Shown here: positions 1-8,448 of the stretch, piece after piece
How positions within the stretch are numbered: the first letter of the stretch is position 1
Layout: each line of letters starts with the position of its first letter
Origin: Archaeoglobus sp. JdFR-37
GTDB taxonomy: Archaea; Halobacteriota; Archaeoglobi; Archaeoglobales; Archaeoglobaceae
DNA: 43,738 nucleotides
Assembly (NCBI GenBank): GCA_002010215.1
Contig: MTMY01000024.1
Location: forward strand, 1 to 43,738
Direction: 5' to 3'
Made by a program: the position numbers and the translations under genes
Notes under the pieces: generated by a model
The model's database searches: none
Told to the model about the DNA's origin: nothing
The model's input: only the letters and a program-made list of their open reading frames with translations

Positions 1-2216
1 CTGTTCAAGTTCGCGTGGATGCTGGATTTCATGGCGTTAACGTCGACATGCTTGGGAGCTATTCCTCCGGTGTCGTGGCATGAAACACAGTCTGGTCCGC
101 CTGCAGTTCCTGGATCCAAGCTGTGGGAGAAGTTGAGAGTGGTTAAAGCATAACTTCCATTCAGAGCATGACAGGTGTTACACACACTGTCTGAATAGTC
201 TGTCGATAAAAAGCTCGTATGATCTGTCCAACCCGGCTTTCCTGTATTGTCAACATCAATGAGTGGTGGTATTGGACTGAATCGATCTCCCCTATAATAA
301 ATCGCACCACTGTAATGGCAGTCGGCACACCAATATGTGCTAGCTAGATCTGGACTGTTCTTAACATTGTTGGGGTCGTCCATAAGCCACATTACGTTTC
401 CTAACGCGGTGACATTATGCTTGGTATTTCCATGACAGTAGTCGCATGCTTCGAGTTCGCTTGTCCAGTAATTGCCCCAGATCGTCCCATTTGAAACATT
501 TGATGAGTGCTTAAGCGGGTCGGGTATAATCGGGGCTCCATTGATACCAGAAACAGAGGTTCCGGGCTGATGGCACGATGTACAGTCAACGGCAGAAGCT
601 GGAGAAGTTGTGAATGTACCAAATGCTGTGAGATACTTTACGCCGTGAATATTTCTGTTCTCACCTGTCTCGAAGTGACAGGTTTCACAATTCACAATGC
701 TGCCACCATTGTGGGAACTCTTATCGCCATGACAATTTTGACAATATGTGTCTAACGTTACAATTGGTTTTTGAAGGGTGGACTCATGTATCAGACCAGT
801 ATTGTGGCATGTGGAATTTGTACAAGTAGGAGATGGATAGTTTGTTGCATGATCAGGCACGTTTTTACTCCATATGTCAGACATTGCAACACTGAAAGCG
901 GTTGTGGTGTTCTGGTGGCAGTAGGCACAATTGTCTGATGCGCCACTATCCCATGTTCTCAAATCTGCTCTGCTTTTTCCGTAATGGCTTGGATTTGCAA
1001 AGTTGTTTTCTGCTGCTGTCGGAATGGAGTAGGTATTTTTCATTTCATCAAGGTTATGGCAGAGGGTACAGGACTCGGAATCGGTTGCTGCTGAAATTGC
1101 TGCTTTTATGTCTTGCCCCGACTTGAAATGTTCTGCTACAACGGGGGCTCCTGAGTAAGTTCCATCATGGCATTCGTAGCAGTAATTTGTGTTTGCATCG
1201 GTGGCAACGAAGTCCTTCTCCATGTAGTTAGTTGCGTTGGTGTGGCACTCCATACAGTCCCAGTAAGAGCCGGAGGGGTTGCTGGTGTTGAGGTTGTTGT
1301 GGATGGAAACGTTAAAGGCTGAGAAGTCGACCTCTCCTGGTGAGGCTCCTGAAATGGAGAAATACTTCCATGGGACAGCTGTCTGTTCATCAGAGCTTAC
1401 AACAGTTGCTGAAGCATTATGACATGCTTCACATGCATAGGGTTCCGGTTTTAAGTTGGAAGGAGTTGACCATGTTTTTTTCCCGTTATGACAATTGTTA
1501 CAGCTATGTTCTGGAAGAAAGTCCACGACACCATTGTTATGCCTAGGATCCATGCTGTCAGGATGACAGTGATAACAGCCTACTTCACCGTTTGGCCCAG
1601 GATTGCTATATGATTTCTCTACCGCTTTCCAAGAGTGGGCACTGAACTTGCCTGTCTCTCTTTCCTCGAGGGGCATGAATTCATGGCAGTTGCTGCACGG
1701 CACATAACCTTGCGTTCCAAACCCCCAGTTATCAGGATCATCGCTGGATTGATACCAGCTCCCTTGTGGTGCGTCGTTAAATTTTCCAGTTCCCCAGCTT
1801 AATGTACCGTGATTTTTGTTTGTTATCTCATTTCCAGTCCTCGGATCATATACATGGCAAGTTCCACTACATTTACCGCCATTTACATCCACGCTCATAG
1901 AACTCGTGTCAATAGCATTCGTATTAGCGAGATTTACAGTTATTATTCCATCACCATGGTTCATCCCTGCATGACAGGCTCTGCATTGCAAGAAATTTTT
2001 ATGTGCACCGTGCTTTCCACCAAGCTTGTTCTTTGCATCCAATCCGTGACACATTCCGTTAGCAGAACAATCCTTGATTGGTTGCTTGTTGTTGTTTGAA
2101 TCGATCCAGTACATCTGGGCATCCCTAGCAGCCTCTGCAATTAACGTTACACTAAGAACAATAGCTATAGCTAAAGCTATCATTAGAACGGTTCCTTTTT
2201 TATTTTCCAAACACAT
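1..2216 (-). CDS. Large secreted multiheme c-type cytochrome (partial, runs off the left edge; >=738 aa, >=19 heme motifs)
   Basis: Manual translation from ATG 2216 is open to position 3: MCLENKKGTVLMIALAIAIVLSVTLIAEA-ARDAQ... (signal peptide with AEA cleavage site). Sixteen CxxCH motifs: CRACH, CSNCH, CYHCH, CNNCH, CEACH, CMECH, CYECH, CTLCH, CAYCH, CQNCH, CETCH, CTSCH, CDYCH, CADCH, CNTCH, CVSCH. Also CSANGMCH, CSGTCH and CTNSTCH, plus many spacer His. Absent from the ORF track because there is no stop in the window. Confidence 0.97.
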   Translation of the reverse strand, partial: MCLENKKGTVLMIALAIAIVLSVTLIAEAARDAQMYWIDSNNNKQPIKDCSANGMCHGLDAKNKLGGKHGAHKNFLQCRACHAGMNHGDGIITVNLANTNAIDTSSMSVDVNGGKCSGTCHVYDPRTGNEITNKNHGTLSWGTGKFNDAPQGSWYQSSDDPDNWGFGTQGYVPCSNCHEFMPLEERETGKFSAHSWKAVEKSYSNPGPNGEVGCYHCHPDSMDPRHNNGVVDFLPEHSCNNCHNGKKTWSTPSNLKPEPYACEACHNASATVVSSDEQTAVPWKYFSISGASPGEVDFSAFNVSIHNNLNTSNPSGSYWDCMECHTNATNYMEKDFVATDANTNYCYECHDGTYSGAPVVAEHFKSGQDIKAAISAATDSESCTLCHNLDEMKNTYSIPTAAENNFANPSHYGKSRADLRTWDSGASDNCAYCHQNTTTAFSVAMSDIWSKNVPDHATNYPSPTCTNSTCHNTGLIHESTLQKPIVTLDTYCQNCHGDKSSHNGGSIVNCETCHFETGENRNIHGVKYLTAFGTFTTSPASAVDCTSCHQPGTSVSGINGAPIIPDPLKHSSNVSNGTIWGNYWTSELEACDYCHGNTKHNVTALGNVMWLMDDPNNVKNSPDLASTYWCADCHYSGAIYYRGDRFSPIPPLIDVDNTGKPGWTDHTSFLSTDYSDSVCNTCHALNGSYALTTLNFSHSLDPGTAGGPDCVSCHDTGGIAPKHVDVNAMKSSIHANLN

Positions 2217-2291
2217 TATTCTCCCCCCAACCACCCCCACAAGGGGGGCAATCACTTATTTCACTTCAATTCAAAATTTTTCTCATTAAAC

Positions 2292-2308
2292 TATTTAAAC
2301 TTTATCTC
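2292..2308 (-). promoter_or_regulatory. BRE/TATA promoter of the multiheme cytochrome gene
   Basis: Minus strand reads GAGATAAAG-TTTAAATA, about 75 nt upstream of ATG 2216. This implies a ~50-nt leader containing a G-rich SD region. Confidence 0.6.
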
Positions 2309-2541
2309 ATAACGATTATTATAGATTTAGTTAAGATCTAGCATGAAATAGGTCGTAAAATAATTGTCAGATGATGATCACCTCAATAAAAACATATTGC
2401 AAAGCAACTGTGGAACTTTGGTGGATGTAGGGTTCCAGTGTATTCCATCCCCACCTATAGGAACATAAACCTGCTGGAGCTGTAAAAGATCGGCAGAATT
2501 CCTCTTTCACAACCAAGGCTGTGGGAGTTCTGACTTCCAAT

Positions 2542-3234
2542 TCAATCAACGAGCCTCTTCTTCACAAAAGGATTTCTCTCTGCAATCTCCTTCAACTTTG
2601 CTTCAAAACTGTCAAAAACTGGCTCATTCAGAAAAACACCCGTCCTACCCACCTCTCTCCTTCTTTCAAGAACTCTGAACCTTTCAACCACTATCTCCAT
2701 ACCAACTCCAAGAAGCTTTGATAATTCTGAAGGGCTAATATCGCAGCACGGAATTTCTTTATGCCCATTCTCCGTAGGTATTATCAGCATCAGCCTCTTG
2801 TCAACCCCCATGACTCTTTTTTCCTCCTCAATCCCTCTGAGATCTACAGCACCTCCGAAATTATAGAAATCAAGCTCCCTCTCTCGCATTCTAACCAGAG
2901 GGAAGCTCACAGTTGCGTCACTCAGTATTATTTCTCCTTTAATGGCATAATTTGGAGTTGCCTGAACTAACCTTCTTTCGAGAATTTCAAATTCTGAAAG
3001 GGCGAGTTCTATGCGGTACGATGGGATTTTGATGGGGATGAAGACATCAACATCGCTGTCCTTGTTCACATCCCCCCTTGCAACGCTACCATAAACCATA
3101 CTTGGGATACCACTATTTCTCAACCTTTCCATGACTCTTCTAGCTATCTCACGCTTCTCCTGGAGCAACTTCCACTGCTCTTTGCTGTATACAACCTCCT
3201 TTGGTTCACCGAACGTGGCAGTTCTCCTCCTCAT
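2542..3234 (-). CDS. Predicted archaeal nucleotidyltransferase (Pol-beta superfamily, COG2413-like)
   Basis: Signature YGSVARGDVNKDSDVD; 230 aa. Confidence 0.85.
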   Translation of the reverse strand: MRRRTATFGEPKEVVYSKEQWKLLQEKREIARRVMERLRNSGIPSMVYGSVARGDVNKDSDVDVFIPIKIPSYRIELALSEFEILERRLVQATPNYAIKGEIILSDATVSFPLVRMRERELDFYNFGGAVDLRGIEEEKRVMGVDKRLMLIIPTENGHKEIPCCDISPSELSKLLGVGMEIVVERFRVLERRREVGRTGVFLNEPVFDSFEAKLKEIAERNPFVKKRLVD

Positions 3235-3279
3235 TGCATTATTGCACCATTCTATTGTATTCTTTATACTACACCATCA

Positions 3280-3588
3280 TTATTGTACCGTTTCGTCAAT
3301 CCACTTCAGATACTCACGTAGCCCATCTTCAACGGCAAAGGCACAAATGCATGGGACAGTGTAGCTGTGAATTTCCTTAACCTCCTTCTTTATTTCCTTC
3401 ATTTTTTCGGCTTTAGTTTTAATAATCAAGCCATATTCCTCTGCCTCCTCAATCTTCCCCTCCCACCAGTACATTGAGTGTATAGGAAAGAAATTCACGC
3501 ATGCTGCCAGCTTTTTTTCCAGCAAATACCTTGCAATTCTCTCGGCTTCTTCTTTCGAGGAGGCTGTGACATATACAAAAGTATACAT
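3280..3588 (-). CDS. cutA: Divalent-cation tolerance protein CutA
   Basis: Motifs LAACVN, SMYWWEGKIEE and HSYTVPCI. Confidence 0.95.
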   Translation of the reverse strand: MYTFVYVTASSKEEAERIARYLLEKKLAACVNFFPIHSMYWWEGKIEEAEEYGLIIKTKAEKMKEIKKEVKEIHSYTVPCICAFAVEDGLREYLKWIDETVQ

Positions 3589-3715
3589 GTGAGGAGTTTA
3601 GGAGGAGATGTTGATAAAGCTATTCATGCTATTCATGTCAGTGCTTTCTTTAGAAAGTACAAGTCCAGTTGAAACCCCCCGAAAATCTTAAATCAACAGT
3701 ATGTATATATAGTAT

Positions 3716-3943
3716 ATGGCAAAGACAATTCAGTTGCCCAATGACGTGTACGAGGAGTTAAAGAAATTCAAGAAAGGGCTGTCTTTCTCTGAAACCATCA
3801 ATATTTTGCTGGAAGAGTACAAGAAAAAGAAAAAACTGTCTAAAGACAACTTTTTGGAGCTATTAAATGAACTGGAAACAAGATATGCCGGCAGAGAGAA
3901 GGAGAACGTGAGTGAAAAGATAGATGATGTGCTATGGCGGTAG
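3716..3943 (+). CDS. vapB: VapB-type antitoxin (DUF217-like)
   Basis: KTIQLPNDVYEELKKFKK..SFSETI pattern; overlaps the downstream PIN-domain gene. Confidence 0.85.
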   Translation: MAKTIQLPNDVYEELKKFKKGLSFSETINILLEEYKKKKKLSKDNFLELLNELETRYAGREKENVSEKIDDVLWR

Positions 3944-4308
3944 CAGATTCGTCTTTTCTTGTCGCACTGTTTCTACCATATGACATCAACCACGAAAAAG
4001 CCAAGGAACTGTTCAAAAATACTGATTACGTGATTGTGCCTTACGAAATTTTGATGGAGACTTTGACTGTCCTTTTGCACAAAGAAGACATTGAACTCGT
4101 TAGAACGGTCCACGAACTCATCGAATCCGCGGAGACATTTGTGGTGTATTACAAAGGTGAAAGGTACTCTGACAAAGCGCTGATGCTCTTTCTGAATCAG
4201 AGTGATAAGTTATCTTTCTTCGATTGCGTTGCTATATCTCTGGCAAAGCTGTTAAAACAAGATTTACTGACGTTTGACAGGAATCAACTGAACGAGTTCA
4301 GAAAATAG
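3934..4308 (+). CDS. vapC: VapC PIN-domain toxin
   Basis: PIN motifs VADSSFLVA, E, SFFDC and LLTFD. Confidence 0.9.
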   Translation: MAVADSSFLVALFLPYDINHEKAKELFKNTDYVIVPYEILMETLTVLLHKEDIELVRTVHELIESAETFVVYYKGERYSDKALMLFLNQSDKLSFFDCVAISLAKLLKQDLLTFDRNQLNEFRK

Positions 4309-4448
4309 CTTGATTAAAATTTTTGATTGAAACCGATTCAGACAACATCCTTAAGGGCATTAAAAGATAAAAAGGTGCAGCCGAGGTCTCCCTAATTTCC
4401 AAAATTACCCGTCAGTTTTTAATACCACCTCCTCTAACCCCTCAAACA

Positions 4449-5993
4449 ATGCTGAACACAACCGGAATTGCACTGGCAATCTTCTTCATATACTGGGGAG
4501 CCATAGAATACCTGAAGGCATCTGGAAAACTTGAAAAATACTCCCTATCCTCCTTTGGCCCTATACTCCTAGTAAGAACATCGAAAGGTCTCAGATTTCT
4601 GGACAGAGTATCTAAATTCAAAACCTTCTGGAGGATTTACGCCAACATAGGCATTCCAGCAGTATTTATTGGGATGCTTTTCATGTTCACGCTGGTTTTG
4701 GCAATGGATTACATAATTCTGACCGCCCCACCCCAGCCATCAGAACTCACCCATCCGAGAAGTGCCCTTCTTATTCCGGGTGTGAACCCCTACATCCCCC
4801 TAGTTTGGGGACTGATAGGCCTAGCAGTTACGCTGATCGTGCATGAATTCAGCCATGCAATTCTGTGCAGGGTGGAAGGGGTTAAAGTAAGGGCTCTTGG
4901 TGTTGTGCTGGCCTTGGTGCCAATTGGCGGGTTCGCAGAACCGGATGAGAAGCAATTGCTAGGGAAGGAGTCGAATCTGAGGGCAATCCAGAGGATAAGG
5001 ATATTCTCCGCCGGTGTAGTAAGCAACTTTTTCGTTGCGGCAATAGCCTTTTCCCTCTTCTTCTACCTCCTTTCTTTCCTCTCCCCGGTTGTGACGGTTG
5101 TTGATGTTGAGGAGAACAGTCCAGCCTTCGGGCTTGTTGAGAAAGGCAGTGTTATTACGTCAATAAACGGCATCCCGATTCAGGGGCAGGAAGACGTGGA
5201 GAAAGCTCTGAGAGGTTCAGATAAACCGGATAAAGTACTGATCCAGTTCAAGGACGGTGGAAGTGTAGAATTGCCTAAAATTGCAGGGATAAAAATTGCT
5301 GATACAATTTCCAGCTATCCTGCCGAGGCTGCAGGGTTGCAAAGGGGTATGGTTATCATCTCAGTTAATGGTATCGAAACTCCCACTTTAACAAGTTTCC
5401 AGAAAATAATGAGATCCACAAAACCCGGAGAGACCATTAAGCTGAAAATTTTCAGTGATGGAGAGTTTGATGAGATAAGAGTAACGCTTACAAAAGCCCC
5501 TGAAGGAAATTATGGTTTTCTTGGGGTTAGAATAGAGGGATTGACCTATCTCAGCGGATTAAGGCTGGGCTACTCCAAGCAGATGCTTGAGATGCTCCAA
5601 AGCATTCCCTCCTCACTCACCTCACCGGTGGGATGGCTTACAATAATGTCCATGCCTTTCCTCTTCTTCCCCGGTTTCGGAGGAGATATGCTAAATTATT
5701 TCACACCAACAGGTTTCTGGAGCCAGTTTGGAAATCTGCTCTTTTATGTACTCAACGCCCTTTACTGGACGGCCTGGTTGAACTTCTACGTTGGTCTGTT
5801 CAACTGCCTCCCAGCAGTTCCACTGGATGGTGGAAGAGTATTCAAGGAAGCTCTATCCTCAATCCTTGCCAAGAGATTCGGGGACAGAGGAGAGGCAATC
5901 AGCGAGTTTGCTGTTAAATTCCTAGCTCTTGCAATCTTCAGCTCAATAGCCATATCCATCATAATCCCGAATCTGCCACTGATGGGTCTGTAA
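4449..5993 (+). CDS. Site-2 (M50) intramembrane metalloprotease with PDZ domains
   Basis: HEFSH zinc motif, NCLPAVPLDGG motif, two PDZ-like segments and several TM helices. Confidence 0.95.
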   Translation: MLNTTGIALAIFFIYWGAIEYLKASGKLEKYSLSSFGPILLVRTSKGLRFLDRVSKFKTFWRIYANIGIPAVFIGMLFMFTLVLAMDYIILTAPPQPSELTHPRSALLIPGVNPYIPLVWGLIGLAVTLIVHEFSHAILCRVEGVKVRALGVVLALVPIGGFAEPDEKQLLGKESNLRAIQRIRIFSAGVVSNFFVAAIAFSLFFYLLSFLSPVVTVVDVEENSPAFGLVEKGSVITSINGIPIQGQEDVEKALRGSDKPDKVLIQFKDGGSVELPKIAGIKIADTISSYPAEAAGLQRGMVIISVNGIETPTLTSFQKIMRSTKPGETIKLKIFSDGEFDEIRVTLTKAPEGNYGFLGVRIEGLTYLSGLRLGYSKQMLEMLQSIPSSLTSPVGWLTIMSMPFLFFPGFGGDMLNYFTPTGFWSQFGNLLFYVLNALYWTAWLNFYVGLFNCLPAVPLDGGRVFKEALSSILAKRFGDRGEAISEFAVKFLALAIFSSIAISIIIPNLPLMGL

Positions 5994-6006
5994 AGATGGT
6001 GGATCT

Positions 6007-6903
6007 ATGAAAGGTGGAGAGACTAAAAAGTGCAGAAAGTGCAGAAAAAGGGCTGTTGTGAGCCTCAAAACCTACAAAATTTCCCTCTGCGATACCTGCT
6101 TCCCTCCCTTTTTTGAAAGGCTTGTGGAAAGAGACGTGAAAAAGTACAAAATAATCAAAGAGGATGAGAGAGTTCTTGCTGCCGTTTCTGGCGGGAAAGA
6201 CAGTGTTGCTCTTTTATCAACCCTGAAAGCCATATCATCCAGCCTTAATTTCCATATTGAAGCCCTCCACATAGATTTGGGAATCGGAGAATACTCAAGG
6301 AAATCAACGGAGATTTGCAAGAAACTCTGCCAAGAGCTTGAGATTGAGCTCAACACGGTAAAGCTGGCTGAATATGGCTTCACAATTTCGGATGTTAGTA
6401 CCAAGAAGGTCTGCTCTGTCTGCGGAAATGCCAAGAGATACATATTCAACAGATTCGCCAGAGAGAACGGGTTCGATGTCATTGCCACAGGACATAATGC
6501 TGACGATATTCTGGCCAACTTTTTCAAAAACTGGCTCTCAGGCAACAGATGGTGGATCGAAAAGCAATCACCCCGCACAGAGGGTTTTGACAGAGTGATC
6601 ACCCGTATTCGCCCACTCTTTTTGCGAACGGAGAAAGAGAATGCAATATACGTGCTCACGAGACATCTTCCATTTCTGGCCGATGAGTGCCCCAATGCTC
6701 CACAGGACAGATGGAAGGAGATAATTTACGAGATTGAAGCAAAGATTCCGGGTTTCAAACAGAACTTCGTCAGGAATATGTTTAAAGAGAAAAAGGAGGT
6801 CTCAGATTTCAGATACTGCTCTATCTGCGGGGAGGTTTCCACATCGGAAATATGCCAGTTCTGCAGGAATATCATGAAATACGGAAAAAATAGGGAGGCA
6901 TGA
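6007..6903 (+). CDS. tRNA 2-thiolation protein, TtuA/Ncs6 family (TIGR00269-like)
   Basis: SGGKDS PP-loop, CSVC, TGHNADD, and N- and C-terminal CxxC zinc fingers. Confidence 0.88.
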   Translation: MKGGETKKCRKCRKRAVVSLKTYKISLCDTCFPPFFERLVERDVKKYKIIKEDERVLAAVSGGKDSVALLSTLKAISSSLNFHIEALHIDLGIGEYSRKSTEICKKLCQELEIELNTVKLAEYGFTISDVSTKKVCSVCGNAKRYIFNRFARENGFDVIATGHNADDILANFFKNWLSGNRWWIEKQSPRTEGFDRVITRIRPLFLRTEKENAIYVLTRHLPFLADECPNAPQDRWKEIIYEIEAKIPGFKQNFVRNMFKEKKEVSDFRYCSICGEVSTSEICQFCRNIMKYGKNREA

Positions 6904-6943
6904 TGAAGACAGAGTGACGAAGATACAATCAAAAAAGAGAAAG

Positions 6944-7768
6944 TTAGCTTTCTTCAGTTTGCTCTCCTTTCCCCTCTTCTTCCTCTGATACTTCCTCCTC
7001 TCCGTCAGTCACTTCTTCTGATTTCTTCTCTTCCTCCTTTTTTCTCTCGGCTTCTTTGGTTTCCTCAGTCTCACCAGTTTCTTCTGCTGCCTCTGCTGTT
7101 TCTACTTTCTTCTCGAACTTCTCAACCAGCTCTATCTCCTCCACATCTGTAAGGCGGAAGATGTCGTTGACTGCTGCATACTTCCCGAGCAAAAAGGCCT
7201 GATCCAATGATAAGCCTCTTGGAACCTCTATAACAGCTTTCTTCCCATCCAGCCCTACTGAAACTTCTCGGCCAGTGTGAATCATGAATATGGATTTTAT
7301 CTTTTCTTTAGGGCTTTCTATCTTCTCTTTTATCTCAAAATCGAATGTGATGGTTTTTCCAGCAAGCGGATGGTTAAAATCAACAACAGCCCTTCTACCA
7401 ATTACCCTCTCAATTATCCCAACTCTCTCACCCACCCTCACCCTTGTACCGGGCTCGGGTCTCTCTTTGAAACGGGATATGCTAATAACCTCTTTATTCT
7501 CAGGATCATACTCTCCAAAGGCTTTCTCAGGCGGAACTTCCACACTTCCCTTGAAACCAACTTCCTTGCCCTCCAATGCCTCATCAAGCCCCTTTATGAC
7601 GTGTCCTTCTCCTACCACCACAACGATGTCGCCATATTTGGCGTGCTCCTCGTAAACACCATGTTCCTTCGCTACATCCTCATCTGTGGAATCTATTACT
7701 GTTCCGTCTTCCAGTTTCGCAGTATAGCTGATCCTGACGAAATCTCCCTTCTGAACCGTCATACTCAT
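6944..7768 (-). CDS. Long-type archaeal FKBP peptidyl-prolyl isomerase with acidic tail
   Basis: KGDFVRISY and VDFNHPLAGK motifs; start placed at ATG 7768 behind a GAGGTGA SD; Glu-rich C-terminus. Confidence 0.93.
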   Translation of the reverse strand: MSMTVQKGDFVRISYTAKLEDGTVIDSTDEDVAKEHGVYEEHAKYGDIVVVVGEGHVIKGLDEALEGKEVGFKGSVEVPPEKAFGEYDPENKEVISISRFKERPEPGTRVRVGERVGIIERVIGRRAVVDFNHPLAGKTITFDFEIKEKIESPKEKIKSIFMIHTGREVSVGLDGKKAVIEVPRGLSLDQAFLLGKYAAVNDIFRLTDVEEIELVEKFEKKVETAEAAEETGETEETKEAERKKEEEKKSEEVTDGEEEVSEEEEGKGEQTEES

Positions 7769-7837
7769 GACATCACCTCGGCAAACCTTCAGCAAACTTT
7801 AAGGGCTGGCAACCGGTATAAAAAGGTTGGTGTGAGC

Positions 7838-8353
7838 ATGGAGATCGAAGTGAAATTCAGGTTGGATAGGGACATTAAACACATAATACAGCAGTTCGCC
7901 ACCTTTGAAATTGAGAAAGTGGAAGAGGATATTTACTTCAACTCTCCATCCCGTGATTTTAGGGAGACGGACGAAGCTCTAAGGGTCAGAAAAGATGTTG
8001 AGGGATTTTCCATAACTTACAAGGGGCCCAAGGTGGATTCGGAGACAAAAAGTCGGGAAGAAATAAAGCTCAGAGTAAATGACTTCAATGCGGCAGTGGA
8101 GCTGTTCAAAAAGCTTGGATTCAGAGAAGCCGGCAGAGTTGTAAAGAAGAGGACAATATACAGGGTAGGTAATGCAATAATCTGTTTAGATGACGTGGAA
8201 GGGCTGGGAAAATTTGTGGAAATAGAGGTTGAATGTGATGACCTCGAAAAGGGGAAGCAAGAGATTTTTGAAATAGCGGAAAAGCTAGGGTTTGACAAGG
8301 GAGAGAGCATAAGGAGGTCTTATCTTGAGATGGTGCTTGAGCGGAAAGGATGA
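7838..8353 (+). CDS. cyaB: CYTH-domain class IV adenylate cyclase-like protein
   Basis: True start is MEIEVKF (ExExK) at 7838, with ALRVR, YKGPK and FVEIE motifs. The upstream part of ORF 7277..8353 is antisense to the FKBP gene. Confidence 0.9.
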   Translation: MEIEVKFRLDRDIKHIIQQFATFEIEKVEEDIYFNSPSRDFRETDEALRVRKDVEGFSITYKGPKVDSETKSREEIKLRVNDFNAAVELFKKLGFREAGRVVKKRTIYRVGNAIICLDDVEGLGKFVEIEVECDDLEKGKQEIFEIAEKLGFDKGESIRRSYLEMVLERKG

Positions 8354-8448
8354 GATTTGACCAAGGTAGAGGAGTAGGTAGGATGGGCTAGGTTAATTAA
8401 TTCCAGACAATTATAACCACATAATTACATAAATACATAAACCAAAAC

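Noticed and set aside
401..2289. Seven short track ORFs in the first 2.3 kb
   Set aside because: They are shadow frames of the multiheme cytochrome gene.
3664..3680. TCCAGTTGAAAC resembling a mini-ORB origin box
   Set aside because: Single copy, followed by a C-run rather than a G-string, and no cdc6/orc1 gene nearby.
2542..4308. Nucleotidyltransferase plus VapBC as a defence island or MNT-HEPN system
   Set aside because: No HEPN partner is present. The 230-aa enzyme looks like a conserved archaeal family, and VapBC pairs are common in this group.
6900..6940. ATGATGA box C-like motif suggesting a C/D sRNA
   Set aside because: No CTGA box D at suitable spacing; the motif overlaps the ttuA-like stop codon.
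7277..7837. Apparent 187-aa N-terminal extension on CyaB
   Set aside because: It is antisense to the FKBP gene. The CYTH motif begins at ATG 7838 with its own TATA box.
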